Shown here: positions 12,903-24,884 of the stretch, one piece after another
How positions within the stretch are numbered: position 1 is the stretch's first letter
Layout of the letters: every line of letters starts with the position of its first letter
From: Squalus acanthias
Taxonomy: Eukaryota
Direction of reading: 5' to 3'
Length of the DNA stretch: 64,000 nucleotides
Assembly: GCA_030390025.1 (NCBI GenBank)
Contig: CM059425.1
Coordinates: 89,776,001-89,840,000 of the forward strand
The notes under the pieces: generated by a model
The model's input: the letters and a program-made list of their open reading frames with translations, nothing else
The model's database searches: none
What the model was told of the DNA's origin: nothing
Program-made: the position numbers and the translations under genes

Positions 12903-13349
12903 ACCGGAAGAACCCATCCGAATTGGCATCCCTAGACGACATGCACTCTTGCCCTGTTATCTTGTAATGAAGCCCCCTAATCCTGAAGCTTGTAACAGTA
13001 CCATAGAGTCATAGGGCTGGATTTTGATACTGGGGACGTGATGGAGGCGGGAGTGGCAGTAGGAGGACCCGTCAGGCCTCATTAACAGCTGGGAAATCGC
13101 TGGGAAACGGCTGCCCACCTATTAAAACTGGGCGGTTGAGAGGCCGCCAGCCAGGCCCAAGATAAGTGAGGGGATGAGTCAGGTCAGCGGTTTGGGATGT
13201 GGGTGAACCTGAGGCAGGGGAGGCCTACACTTTCCTTGTGGGACCTGGAAGAGCAGTCCTACTCCTCTGGGGCCCACAAAGGAAAGACATACATAGGAAC
13301 AGGAGTAGGCCATTCAGCTGCGCGAGCCTGTTCCATTCAATTAGATCAT

Positions 13350-13537
13350 CACCAGAAAAAACAGTTTATCTGGTCATTATCTCATTGTTGTTTGTGGGAG
13401 CTTGCTGTGTGCAAACTGGCTGTCACATTTCCTACATTACAACAGTAGCTACACTTCAAAAAGTACTTAATTGGCTGTAAAGCACTTTGGGATGTCCTGA
13501 TGTCGTGAAAGGTGCTATATAAATGCAAGTTCTTTCT
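13350..13537 (+). mobile_element. DeuSINE (SacSINE1-like) 3' half
   Basis: Matches the 3' half of the full copy at 49499-49940. Confidence 0.75.
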
Positions 13538-13564
13538 GTCTAATGATCTCAGTCTTGATAGCTT

Positions 13565-14460
13565 CAATTGATCCGCCATCCACGGCCTTTTGGGAGAAAG
13601 AGGTCCAGATTCCCACTACATATTGGGGTGAAGAAGTGCTTCCTGATTTCACTCCTGAATGGCCTAGCTCTAATTTTAAGATTATACCCCCTTGTTCTGG
13701 ATTCTCCCACCAGAGAAAATAGCTTCTCTGTATCCACCCTATCCAATCCTTTTAACATTTTAAACACCTCGACTAGATCACCCCTCAATCTTCTAAACTC
13801 AAGGGAATACAAACCAAGCTTAAGCAACCTGTCCTCAAAAAACACTTTAAGCCTGGTATCATTTTGGTGTATCTGTGTTGTACCCCTTTCAAGGCCAATA
13901 GATTCTTCTTGAAGTTCAGTGCTCAAAACTGAAACAGACGGGGTCCCTGACCAAAGCTCCATACATCTGAAGCATAACTTCCTCACTTTTACATTTCAAC
14001 CCCCTTGAAATAAAGGCAAAATTTGAGTAGCCTTTTTGATTGCTTTTTGTACCTGTACACTTTTAGTGAACTGTGTACATGGACACCCAAAACTCTCTGC
14101 TCTTGCACAGCTCACCCTTAAGAAAACATTCCGATTCGTCTTTCTCAGATCCAAAGTGGAAAACCTCACACTTTCCCACATTGAGCCCCATCTGCCACAG
14201 TTTTGTCCACTCACTTAATCTGTCTATGTCCCTTTGTAACTTCCTGCTCCCCTCTACACAACTTACTGTGCCTCCTAACTTAGTGGCATCCTCAAACTTG
14301 GATACACAATTCTCTATTCCTTCATCCAAGTCATGAATAAGATACGGCCCCAGTATAGATCCCTCGGGAACACCATTTGTCACATCCTGCCAATCAGAGA
14401 TAAAGTTCCCTTTATCCGTACACTGTCTCCCACCTCCCAACCAATTACCAATCCATGCCA
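13565..14460 (-). mobile_element. CR1 LINE RT 3' fragment, degraded
   Basis: WIGNWL, GVPEGSILGP, LGLYSLEFRRLRGD motifs. Confidence 0.9.
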
Positions 14461-14783
14461 CAATACTTACCTTGTGGGGCCTCTTCTCCCAGTGATCAGC
14501 TTCCAGCCTGCTACAGTCCAGCCTGCTACAGCCGCAGTTGCTTCCCTGCTCAGGCCAATGTTGAAGTGGCAGTCAGGTCCTGATGATGTCATCGGTACCC
14601 AATCTACATATTTAAAGTAGCACCTGCCGGCTTCGGGCCTTGGCACCTGTAATTTAAAACCGTATCGGTAGGATCGAAGCAGGAGGCCAGCGCGTAAGTC
14701 TCCAGCAATATTTTAACTGCCCCTCGCCCTGTTTTGATACCCTTGTCTCCATAAAAACTCTTACTCTCTCCCATCCCAGATAG

Positions 14784-15908
14784 AAATGAGAAGTCGCACA
14801 ACACCAGGTTATAGTCCAACAGATTTATTTAATTTTCCAAGCTTTCGGAGCTGTCGCTCCTTCCTCAGGTAAGTTAGCAGTGAGAGAATCTCCCAGAATT
14901 CACAATTTAAACACAGACAAAATCTATTCAAATATTTCCCTACATCAAAGACACACTAAGAGCACAGCCAAGACAATGAGATGTGTCCCAGGGGGTCCAA
15001 CGTGTCAAACCACCTGCTGGCTGCATATCCTGTCAATTTGTGTTGGTTCTTGTGCTAGTCTTTTTTAAAAAAAAACACCTGGGAAGACCGGCCATGATGT
15101 CAAGTCACGTTCTGTATCGTGACATGAACCCGATATCGCGATTGAGGCCATCTTCATGAGTGCGGAACTTGGCTATCAGTTTCTGCTCTATGATTTTGCG
15201 CTGTCGTGTATCCCGAAGGCCGCCCTGGAGAACGCTTACCCGCAGATCCGAGGCTGAATGCCCCTGGCTGCTGAAGTGTTCCCCGACTGGGAGGGAACCC
15301 TCCTGCCTGGCGATTGTTGCGCGGTGTCCGTTCATACGTTGTCTCAGTGTCTGCATGGTCTCGCCGATGTACCATGCTCTGGAGCATCCTTTACTGCAAC
15401 GTATCAGGTAGACAACGTTGGCCGAGTCACATGAGTATGTACCGTGTACCTGGTGGGTAGTGTCCTCACGTGTGATGATGGTATCTGTGTCCATGATTTG
15501 GCATGTCTTGCAGAGGTTGCCGTGGCAGGGTTGTGTGGTGTCTTGGTTGCTGTTCTCCTGAAAGATGGGTAATCTGCTGCGAACGATGGTACTTTTGAGG
15601 TTAGGCGGCTGCTTGAAGGCGAGTAGTGGAGGCGTGGGGATGGCCTTAGCAAGGTGTTCGTCGTCATCGATGACATGTTGAAGGCTGCGAAGAACATGGC
15701 GTAGTTTCTCCGCTCCGGGGAAGTACTGGACGACGTAGGGTACTCTGTTGGTTGTGTCCCGTGTTCGTCTTCTGAGGAGGTCTATGCGGTTTTTCGCTGT
15801 GGCCCGTCGGAACTGTCGATCGACGAGTCAAGCGTCATATCCCGTTCTTACGAGGGCGTCTTTCAGTGTCCGTAGGTGTCCATCGCGTTCCTCCTCGTCT
15901 GAGCAGAT
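14784..15908 (-). mobile_element. Penelope-like retroelement 3' part: RT C-terminus, GIY-YIG endonuclease, 3' UTR and terminal repeat
   Basis: ORF 15105-15494 SCDSANVVYLIRC...WYIGET...RMNGHR...GLN is a PLE GIY-YIG domain; terminal repeat 14784-14870 contains CUGAGGA-A-GGAGC(GACA)GCUCC-GAAA. Confidence 0.9.
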
Positions 15909-16495
15909 AGAGGACTAGAATACAAGGGGGTAGAAGTTATGCTGCAGCTATACAAAACCTTGGTTAGACCACACCTGGAGTACTGTGAGCAGGATATATT
16001 GGCCTTGGAGGGAGTGCAGCGTAGGTTTACCAGAATGATACCCAGACTCCAAGGGTTAAATTACGAGGAGAGATTACACAAATTAGGGTTGTATTCTCTG
16101 GAATTTAGAAGGTTAAGAGGTGAACTGTTCGAAGTTTTCAGGATATTAAGGAGAACAGATTGGGTAGATAGGGAGAAACTATTTCCGCTGGTTGGGGAAT
16201 TCTAGGACTAGGGGGCATAGTCTAAAAATTAGAGCCAGACCTTTCAGGAGTGAAATTAGGAAACACTTCTACACACAAAGGGTGGTAGAAGTTTGGAACG
16301 CTCTTCCGCAAATGGCAATTGATGCTAGATCAATTGTAATTTTAGATCGGAGATTGATAGCTTTCTGTTAACCAAAGGTATTAAGGGATATGGGCCAAAG
16401 GCAGGTATATGGAGTTAGGTTGCAGATCAGTCATGGTCTCATTGAATGGCGGAACAGGCTCGAGGGGCTCAGTGGCCTACTCCTGTTCCTATGTT
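15909..16495 (+). mobile_element. CR1 LINE 3' end
   Basis: LYKTLVRPHLEYC...LGLYSLEFRRLRG plus CR1 3' UTR. Confidence 0.9.
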
Positions 16496-16949
16496 CTCCC
16501 GGTATGACCCACCCTCCCATCTTCGCTCCCTGAAGTCCATACGGTGCAGACTTGAGCATATCTGTCGCACAGGTGGCTTAGCCATCCATCACCAGACCTT
16601 GTCAAGCGCTATTGGGCTTCACTCTCCTCTGCCAAAACCACCCACTACGCCATAATCATTCTGAAGAGGAACGATAGCCCCCGGCTTCTTTTCTCCTTAA
16701 ATCCTTCTCCCCTCCTCCTCCACCCTCACTTCCAACAAGTGAAAGGAATACATGGACTTCTTTGTCGCTAAGATTGAGATTGCCTCTACTGCCTCCCCAC
16801 TTCCCTTTGCCCACCAAGCCAAACTTTTCCCCAGGCTCTCCTGGCTCCCTCGGCCTTAGCCCTGAACCTGCATCTTTCTCTAGCTTCTCTCCCATCACTC
16901 CTCATGCCCTGCCTGACCCATCTCCTCTTCCCTTGACCCCATTCCCACA

Positions 16950-17855
16950 AAGCTAGGTGGGAAAGTAAGCTGTGAGGAGGACATAAAGAGCCTGAACAGG
17001 GATATAGACAGGTTAAGTGAGTGGTCAATAAGGTGGCAGGTGGAGTATAATGTGGGGAAATGTGAGGTTATTCAATTTGGTAGGACGAATAGAAAAACAC
17101 AATATTTTTTAAATGGTGAGAAACTTTTAAATGTTGGTGTTCAGAGAGATTTAGGTGTCCTCGTACAAGAAACACAGAAAGTTATCATGCAGGTACAGCA
17201 AGCAATTAGGAAGGCAATTGGCATGTAGGCCTTTATTGCAAGGGGGTTGGAGTACAAGAGTAAGGAAGTCTTACTACAATTGTACAGGGGCTTGGTGAGA
17301 CCACACCTGGAGTACTGTGCACAGTTTTAGTCTCTTTATCTGAGGAAGGATATACTTGCCTTAGAGGTAGTGCAACAAAGGTTCACTCGATTGATCCCTG
17401 GGATGAGAGAGTTGTCCTATGAAGAGAGATTGAGTAGATTGGGCCTATACTCTCTGGAGTTTAGAAGAATGAGAGGTGATCTCATTGAAACAAATAAGAT
17501 ACTGAGGAGGATTGACAGGGTAGATGCTGAGAGGTTGTTACCCCTGGCTGGAGAGTCTAGAACTAGGGGGCACAGTCTCAGGATAAGGGGTCGGCCATTT
17601 AAGACTGAGATGAGGAGGAATTTCTTCACTCAGAGGGTTGTGAATCTTTGGAATTCTCTACCCCAAAGGGCTGTGGATGCTGAGTCATTGAGTATATTCA
17701 AGGCTGAGATAGATTTTTTGGACTCTAGGGGAATCAAGGGATATGGAGATCAGGCGGGAAAGTGGAGTTGAGTTCGAAGATCAGCCGTGATCTTATTGAA
17801 TGGTGGAGCAGGCTCGAGGGGTCGCAGGGCCTACTCCTGCTCCTACTTTTTATGT
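16950..17855 (+). mobile_element. CR1 LINE 3' fragment (same subfamily as 20165-21050)
   Basis: MEYNVGKCEV, RFTRLIPGM, RNFFTQRVVNLWN; very similar to the 20165-21050 copy. Confidence 0.9.
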
Positions 17856-18019
17856 TATGTTCTATTCCCCCTAAACTGCTGATGACCCAACTTCCCTTCC
17901 TGACACCCATGCTAACTGACAATGTAAAAGGATCCCTCTCCTCAGGTATTGTCCCCCTCCCTTTCAAAACTTCACCATCATCCTTCCCCTACCATAAGAA
18001 AACCCACCTTGATCCCTCT

Positions 18020-21000
18020 ATCTACAGGCCAATCACATCAGTGGTGAGAAAACTACTAGAGACCATTGTCAAGGGCAAAATTAATTCTCACTTGGAGAAG
18101 TATGGGTTAATAAGGGACAGCCAGCACGGATTTGTTAAAGGGAAATCATGTCTGACTAACCTGATTGAGTTCTTTTATGAAGTAGCAGAGAGGGTTGATG
18201 AAAGTAGTGCAATAGATGTTGTATATATGGACTACCAAAAGGCATTTGATAGAGTACCTCATAACTAGAGCTGTAGACAAGGCTTCAAACTAAAAAGGGG
18301 GGAGGAATCAGGAGAGGGGAAATTTTGAAGTCTAAAGAGAAAAGTCAAGGCAATGGAGCAGTGTAGTGATTTGGGTAAAGATAAGCAGAGTGTGACAGGA
18401 AGGGACAGAGAGTTTAACGGTGAAAGTGCATCAGCGAATAAGGTGAAAGCAGGGAATAATGGTAAAAAGTTAAAATTAAAGGCTCTTTATCTGAATGCAT
18501 GAAGCATTCGTAACAAGATAGACAAATTAGTGGCACAAATAGCGATAAATGGCTTTGATCTAATAGCTGTTACAGAGACATGGTTGCAAGGTGAGCAAGG
18601 TTGGGAGCTAAATATTCCAGGGTACTTGAAGTTTAGAAAAGACAGGCAGAATGGAAAAGGATGGGGGTAGCCCTGATAGTTTCCTCGAACAATATGTCAT
18701 GAAACCAACCAGGGAACAGGCTATTTTAGATCTTGTATTGTGTAATGAGACAGGGTTAATTAGCAATCTCATAGTAAAGGATCCTCTGGGGCAGAGTGAT
18801 CATAATATGATAGAATTTCACCTTAATTTTGAGAGTGAGTTGCCTAAGTCTGAAACTAGAGTCTTAAACTTAAATAAAGCAAATTACATAGGTATGAGGG
18901 GCTAGTTAGCTAAGGTAGATTGGGAAATTAGATTAAAAGGTATGACGGTAGATAAGCAGTGGCAAACATTTAAAGAAATAGTCCAAAATTCTCAAAGAAT
19001 ATACATTCCATTGAGAAATAAAAACTCCACAGGAAAAGTGAGCCATCCATGGCTAACTAAAGAAGTTAAGGATAGTATTAGATTAAAATAAGAGGCTTAT
19101 AATGTTGCGAAGAATAGTAGCAAGCCTCAGGATTGGGAGAGCTTTAGAAACCAGCAAAGGTTGACCAAAAAATTGATAAAAAGAGAAAGAATAAAATATG
19201 AGAATAAATAAGCAAGAAATATAAAAACAGATTGAAAGAGCTTCTACAAGTATGTAAAAAGGAAGAGAGTAGCAAAAGTAAGCGTTGCTCCCTTAGAGGC
19301 TGAGACAGGAGAAATTATATTGGGAAACAAAGAAATGGCAGAGGCTTTAAACAAATATTTTGTATCTGTCTTCACAGTAGAAGACACAAAAAGTATACCA
19401 AAAATAGTGGGGAACCAAGGGGTTAATGAGAGCGAGGAACTTAAAGTAATTAGTATCAGTAGAGAAAAAGTACTTGAGAAACTAATGGGGCTAAAAGCCG
19501 ACAAATCTTCTGGACTTGCTGGCCTACATCCTAGGGTTCTAAAAGAGGTGGCTGCAGAGATAGTGGATGCATTGGTTGTGATCTTCCAAAATTCCCTAGA
19601 TTCTAGAATGGCCCCAGCGGATTGGAAGGTCGCAAATGTAACCCCGCTATTCAAGAAAGGAGGGAGAGAGAAAACAGGGAACTACAGGCCAGTTAGCCTG
19701 ACATCAGTTGTCGGGAAAATGTTGGAATCCATTATTAAGGAAGTAATGGGGCACTTAGAAAATCATAATATGATTAAGCAGTGTCAACATAGTTTTATGA
19801 AAGGGAAATCGTGTTTAACAAATTTATTAGAGTTTTTTGAGGATGTAACTTGTAGGGTAGATAAAGGGGAACCAGTGGATGTAGTATATTTGGATTTCCA
19901 AAAGGCATTCGATAAGGTGCCACATAAAATGTTGCTACACAAGATAAGGGCTCATGGGGTTGGGGGTAATATATTAGCATGGATAGAGGATTGGTTACGG
20001 ACAGAAAACAGAGAGTAGGGATAAACGGGTCATTTTCCGGTTGGCAGGCTGTAATTTGTGGGGTGTCGCAAGGATCAGTGCTTGGGCCTCAACTATTTAC
20101 AATCTATATTCATGACTTAGATGAAGGGACCGAGTGCAATGTATCCAAGTTTGCTGACGAAACAAAGCTAGGTGGGAAAGTAAGCTGTGAGGAGGACACA
20201 AAGAGCCTGCAAAGGATAGAAACAGGTTAAGTGAGTGGGCAATAAGGTGGCAGGTGGAGTATAATGTGAGGAAATGTGAGGTTATTCACTTTGGTAGGAA
20301 GAATAGAAAAACACAATATTTTTTAAATTGTGAGAAACTATTAAATTTTAGTGTTCAGAGAGATTTAGGTTTCCTCGTACAGAAAACACAGAAATTTAGC
20401 ATGCAGGTACAGCAAGCAATTAGGAAGGCAATTGGCATGTTGGCCTTTATTGCAAGGGGGTTGGAGTACAAGAGTAAGGAAGTCTCACTACAATTGTACA
20501 GGGCTTTAGTGAGACCACACCTGGAGTACTGTGCACAGTTTTGGTCTTCTTATCTGAGAAAGGACATACATGCCTTAGAGGTGGTGCAACAAAGGTTCAC
20601 TAGATTGATCCCTGGGATGAGAGGGCTGACCTATGAGGAGAGATTGAGTAGATTGAGCCTATACTCTCTGGAGTTTAGAAGAATGAGGTGATCTCATTGA
20701 AACATACACAATTCTGAGGGGGATTGACAGGGTAGATGCTGAGAGAGTCTAGAACTAGGGAGCATAGTCTCAGGATAAGGGGTCGGCCATTTGAGACAGA
20801 GGTGAGGAGGAATTTCTTCACTCAGAGGGTTGTGAATCTTCGGAATTCTTTACCCCAAAGGGCTGTGGAAGCTGAATCGTTCAGTATATTCAAGGCTGAG
20901 AGAGGTAGATTTTTGGACTCTAGGGGAATCAAGGGATATGGGGATCAGGTGGGAAAGTGGTGTTAAGGTCGAAGATCAGCCATGATCTTATTGAATGGCG

Positions 21001-22178
21001 GAGCAGGCTCAAGGGGCCGTATGGCCTACTCCTGCTCCTAATTCTTATGTTGCTATAACAGATTTATTCGGAAAATAGAAGCACATGGTATTAAAAGGAC
21101 GATGGAAACTTGGGTACGTAATTGTCTAAGGGATAGGAGGCAGAGAGTAGTGGTGAACGGATGCTTTTCTGGCTGGAGAGAAGTATGCAGTGGGGTCCCC
21201 CAGGGGTTGGTATTAGGACCATTGCTTTTCTCGTTGTATGTAAGTGATCTGGACTTGGGTATAGGAGTACAATTTCAAAGTTTGTGGATGATGCAAAACT
21301 TGGCAACGTAGTAAATAGTGAGAGCAGACTTCAGGAGGACATGGACAGACTGGTGAAATGGGCAGACATATGGCAGACACAATTTAATGTGGATATATGT
21401 TAAGTGATGCACTTTGGGAGAAACAACATGGAGAGGGAGTATAATCTAAATGGTAATATTTTTGAGGGGGCTGCAAGAGCAAAGGGACCTGGGGGTGCAT
21501 ATTCACAAATCTTTCAAGGTGGCAGCGCAAGTTGATAAGGCGATTAAGAAAGCGTATGAGATACTTGGCTTTGTAAATAAAGGGCATTGTATACAAAAAT
21601 GAGGAAGTCATGCTAAACCTTTACAAATCTTAGGTTAGGCCTCAGGTGGATACAATTCTGGGCACCACACTTTAGGTAGGATGTCAAGGCCTTGGAGAGG
21701 GTACAGAGGAGGTTTACCAGGATGATATCAGGGATGATGGATTTGAGTTAAGTGGAGATATTGGAGAAGCTGGGATTGTTCTCCTTAGAGCAGAGAAGGT
21801 TAAAGGGAGACCTAAGAGCTATTCAAAATTATATGGGGTTTTGATAGAGCAAGTAGGGAGAAATTGTTTCCTCTGGCAAGTGGGTCGCTAACCAGAGGTC
21901 ACAGATTTTAAAACATTGGCAAAAGAACTAGAGGGGAAGTGAAGACAATTTTTTTCACACAGAGGGTTGTTAAGATCTGGAACGCACTACCTGAAAGGGT
22001 GGTGGAATCTGATCCCATAGGAACTTTCAAAAGGCAATTGGACATGTACTCGAAGAGGACTAATTTGCAGGGTTATGGGGAAAAAACTGGGGCGTGGGAC
22101 TAAACTGGATAGCTCTTTCTAAGAGCCGGCACAGGCACGATGGACAGAATGGCCTCCTTCTGTGCTGTAAGATTCTAT
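18020..22178 (+). mobile_element. Outer CR1 LINE (18020-18265 + 21055-22178) split by a nested CR1
   Basis: KAFDRVPHN continues after 21059 as [11 protein letters not shown]...WVRNCL; ATAAC duplicated at 18261-18265 and 21055-21059. Confidence 0.85.
18266..21054 (+). mobile_element. Nested CR1 LINE, ORF2 (APE + RT) with stops, frameshifts and an internal deletion
   Basis: Fragments 18651-18905, 19320-20018, 19979-20230, 20254-20691 and 20736-20966 in collinear order, ending in a CR1 3' UTR. Confidence 0.9.
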
Positions 22179-22538
22179 GGGGTAAAAATTAGGTCGCGCC
22201 CCATTTGGGGCGCAAATATCGTCTGGACGCAAATATTAGCGCCTGGCGCTAATTATCGGCACTGACTGGAAACTTCACTTTTACCGCCCCGGGAGGTGAG
22301 TGGAGCGCTAAATCAGGCGCTGCACACCTGTCTTAAGGCGCAAAGGCCAAGGAGTGAGGCGCTAACTCAGCGCGCGAGCACAGCGCAGCTGCTGCCAGTT
22401 AGCGAGGGAACACAGACACACTGGCGCCGGCCACTTCTTAAAGCGGGGGGGGGCCAACTTGCTCCCCAGCCACACCCTGCTCATTGCAGCCTTGAATCTC
22501 GGCCTGGAGAGACCTGTGAATCCATTTTGCTGCCAAGC

Positions 22539-23287
22539 ATGGAGAGGGTGAGAGAACGCGCTCATCGCTTCACCGAGCGGGCCTTGGATGCTCTGGTTGG
22601 CGCGATGGAGCGCAGAAGATGTATGCTCTTCCCTGAGAGTGGCAGGAGGCCTTTGCCACGCGAGTTCAGAAGAGTGTGGAGGGAGGTGGCTCAGAGCGTC
22701 TCCTCCAGGAGCATGGTGCCCAGGACCCATACTCAATGCCGCAAAAAGTTCAACGACCTCACTCGGGTCGTCAGGGTGAGTGGCTTTTTCTCAATACCTC
22801 TCCATCCCTCCATCTCAACCTCACTCTATGGCCAGAGGGTCTTAAAACCCCAATGCACAACACTCATCCAACACTTATGGCCCTTTCATCAAACACACAC
22901 ACACATTCCACACTTTGCATACAGTAAGGGCTATTCACCTATGGGAGGCACATCAGGCAAGACCATGGCTGTATACAGTAAGGGCTATTCACCTATGGGA
23001 GGCACATCAGGCAAGACCATGGCTGTATACAGTAAGGGCTATTCACCTATGGGAGGCACATCAGGCAAGACCATGGCTGTATATTTACTTAGATGCTGTC
23101 CTTTTTCTTACAGGCCAAGCTGGCGCATAATCGGAGACAGCAGCAACGGACAGGTGGAGGGCGGCCTCAGCTGCAACCCCTCAGCGATCTTGGTGCTGCT
23201 GATGATCATCGTCCACGTCCTCTTCCTCTTCTTCCTCCTCCTCCTCTGGTGGTGCTCCAAGGCCTGGTGGCATTGGCTGGGTCCTGA
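22539..23287 (+). CDS. Harbinger Myb/SANT (trihelix, NAIF1/MSANTD-like) DNA-binding protein; exons 22539-22775 and 23114-23287, 136 aa, probably C-terminally truncated
   Basis: RFTERALDALV...WREVA...RTHTQCRKKFNDL; AGG|GTGAGT donor; ttttcttacag acceptor; in-frame AKLAHNRRQQQRTGGG. Confidence 0.8.
22918..23082. repeat. 54-bp tandem repeat x3 within the Myb-gene intron
   Basis: atacagtaagggctattcacctatgggaggcacatcaggcaagaccatggctgt repeated three times. Confidence 0.9.
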
Positions 23288-24347
23288 GGATTGCCATGTT
23301 ATGCAACATGCAGCACACGACTACGAAGTTCGATACTCGCTCAGGCGAGTACTGCAGGGCTCCTCCAGAATGGTCCAGACAGCGGAACCGTTGCTTCAGC
23401 ACGCCGATTGTGCGCTCAATTACGTTCCTGGTAGCTTGATGGCTCTCATTGTACCGCAGCTCAGCAGGGGTGTTGGGCGTACGGAGCGGTGTCATCAGCC
23501 AGGTGCTCAATGCATACCCCTTGTCCCCGAGAAGCCAACCAACTGGCTGATGCGGTGCCTCGAAAAGTTCTGCCACAGTAGTCTGGTGCAGGATAAAAGC
23601 ATCGTGGCAGCTGCCAGGATAGTGGGCATTGACAGCGAGTATCAGCTGTCTGTGGTCACAGACCAACTGGACATTCAAGGAATGGAACCCCTTTCTGTTC
23701 CTGAATTCCTTGGCATTCTCATGCGGAGCACGCAAAGCCACATGCGTGCAGTCAATGGCGCCCTGCACCATGGGGAAGCCCGCTACCCTCGCAAAGCCCA
23801 GAGCGCGGTCACGCTGCTTGTCTGGGGTCATGGGGAAAGAGATGAACTCTCGTCTCCTTTTAAAGAGGGCATTTGTGACCTGCCGGATGCAGCAATGCAC
23901 CGCGAACTGGGAGATATTGGCGAGGTCCCCAGCAGCAGCTTGAAATGAGCCAGTAGCGTAAAAGTTCAAAGCCACTGTGATCTTCACTGCCACCGACAGA
24001 GACGTCCTGGACCTCAGTTGAGGCTGCAGATCTGGCTGCAGCAGGTGGCAGAGCTCAGTGACCACCTCCTTGCTGAATCGCAGCCTTCGCAAACACAGCT
24101 CCTCGGACATATGGATGTAGGAGAGCTGTTCACGATATACCCTGGGAGGGTAAGCTCTCCTGTACATACGCCTGATGGCCCTCCTCCGTCTGGCCATCAT
24201 TGCCACTCTCTCTCTGCGTCTCTGTATCCTCCGATTCAGCTGGAGCAGGACGACGCCCCCAATCAGTGCAGCCCCTATATTCTCTTTGCAAGCAAAGTAA
24301 TGAAGGACAGCAACTAAAGTAGCAGCGAAGTTAGGATCAATAGGCAA
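23181..24347 (-). CDS. Harbinger (HARBI1-like) DDE transposase, uninterrupted ORF
   Basis: GAIDCTHV, NRKGFHSLNVQLVCD, PGSCHDAFIL, LLGDKGY, RNVIERTIGVLKQRFRCL; track start is TTG, first ATG is at 24200. Confidence 0.9.
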   Translation of the reverse strand: MPIDPNFAATLVAVLHYFACKENIGAALIGGVVLLQLNRRIQRRRERVAMMARRRRAIRRMYRRAYPPRVYREQLSYIHMSEELCLRRLRFSKEVVTELCHLLQPDLQPQLRSRTSLSVAVKITVALNFYATGSFQAAAGDLANISQFAVHCCIRQVTNALFKRRREFISFPMTPDKQRDRALGFARVAGFPMVQGAIDCTHVALRAPHENAKEFRNRKGFHSLNVQLVCDHRQLILAVNAHYPGSCHDAFILHQTTVAELFEAPHQPVGWLLGDKGYALSTWLMTPLRTPNTPAELRYNESHQATRNVIERTIGVLKQRFRCLDHSGGALQYSPERVSNFVVVCCMLHNMAILRTQPMPPGLGAPPEEEEEEEEEDVDDDHQQHQDR

Positions 24348-24884
24348 AACTACCTCACAAAGTGTTGAGTCAATGTAGAAGTCTCTCTTTCTCTCTCTCC
24401 GAATCTCTCTCTCTCTCTCAGAACGAGTGGTGCAAAAATGTCGACCACAGAAAAAGACAGGAAGAGGCCCCCTTTAAATAGCGCCCCCCCCAGCCCCACA
24501 GCGATTGATAGCGTTCCAGTCTTCCGGTCGTTGGAAGCGCCAGGCGGTAAGGCAGGGGGCGCCACTCAATTTCCGCTCCGGGGCGCCACAAGGGCGTTGC
24601 ACCATGGAATGACGTCACAATCTGCACGCGCAGGTGGTCGCAGCGGTAAGTTTTAGCGCCGCCGCACAATCTCTAGTTAAGTTCCCGAGCGGCGCAAACA
24701 TCGCTGCGCCCGGGCATTAGCGGCTTTGCGCCCCATTAGTGCCCTCTTAAGGAGCTAACGGGAGGCGCAACCAACTGAATTTTTACCCCTATGATTCTAT
24801 AGTCTACCCACTACAGACGGCAACTGCTCATCTGTCACCTGGCATGACAACGATAAAAGTGCAACCTTGACACTATCAATATAT

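Larger units (their letters stand above)
22179..24789. mobile_element. PIF/Harbinger DNA transposon, 2611 bp
   Basis: 12-bp TIR GGGGTAAAAATT / AATTTTTACCCC; TAT duplicated at 22176-22178 and 24790-24792; encodes a transposase and a Myb/SANT protein; inserted in the (GATTCTAT)n tail of a CR1. Confidence 0.93.

Noticed and set aside
22296-23948. 550-aa ORF as a single novel protein
   Set aside because: It is Myb exon 1 plus read-through intron plus the antisense shadow of the transposase; the spliced model fits better.
23181-24347. Domesticated host gene HARBI1 (or NAIF1 for the Myb ORF)
   Set aside because: Flanked by TIRs and a TSD inside a CR1 tail, so it is a transposon copy; no gene symbol assigned.
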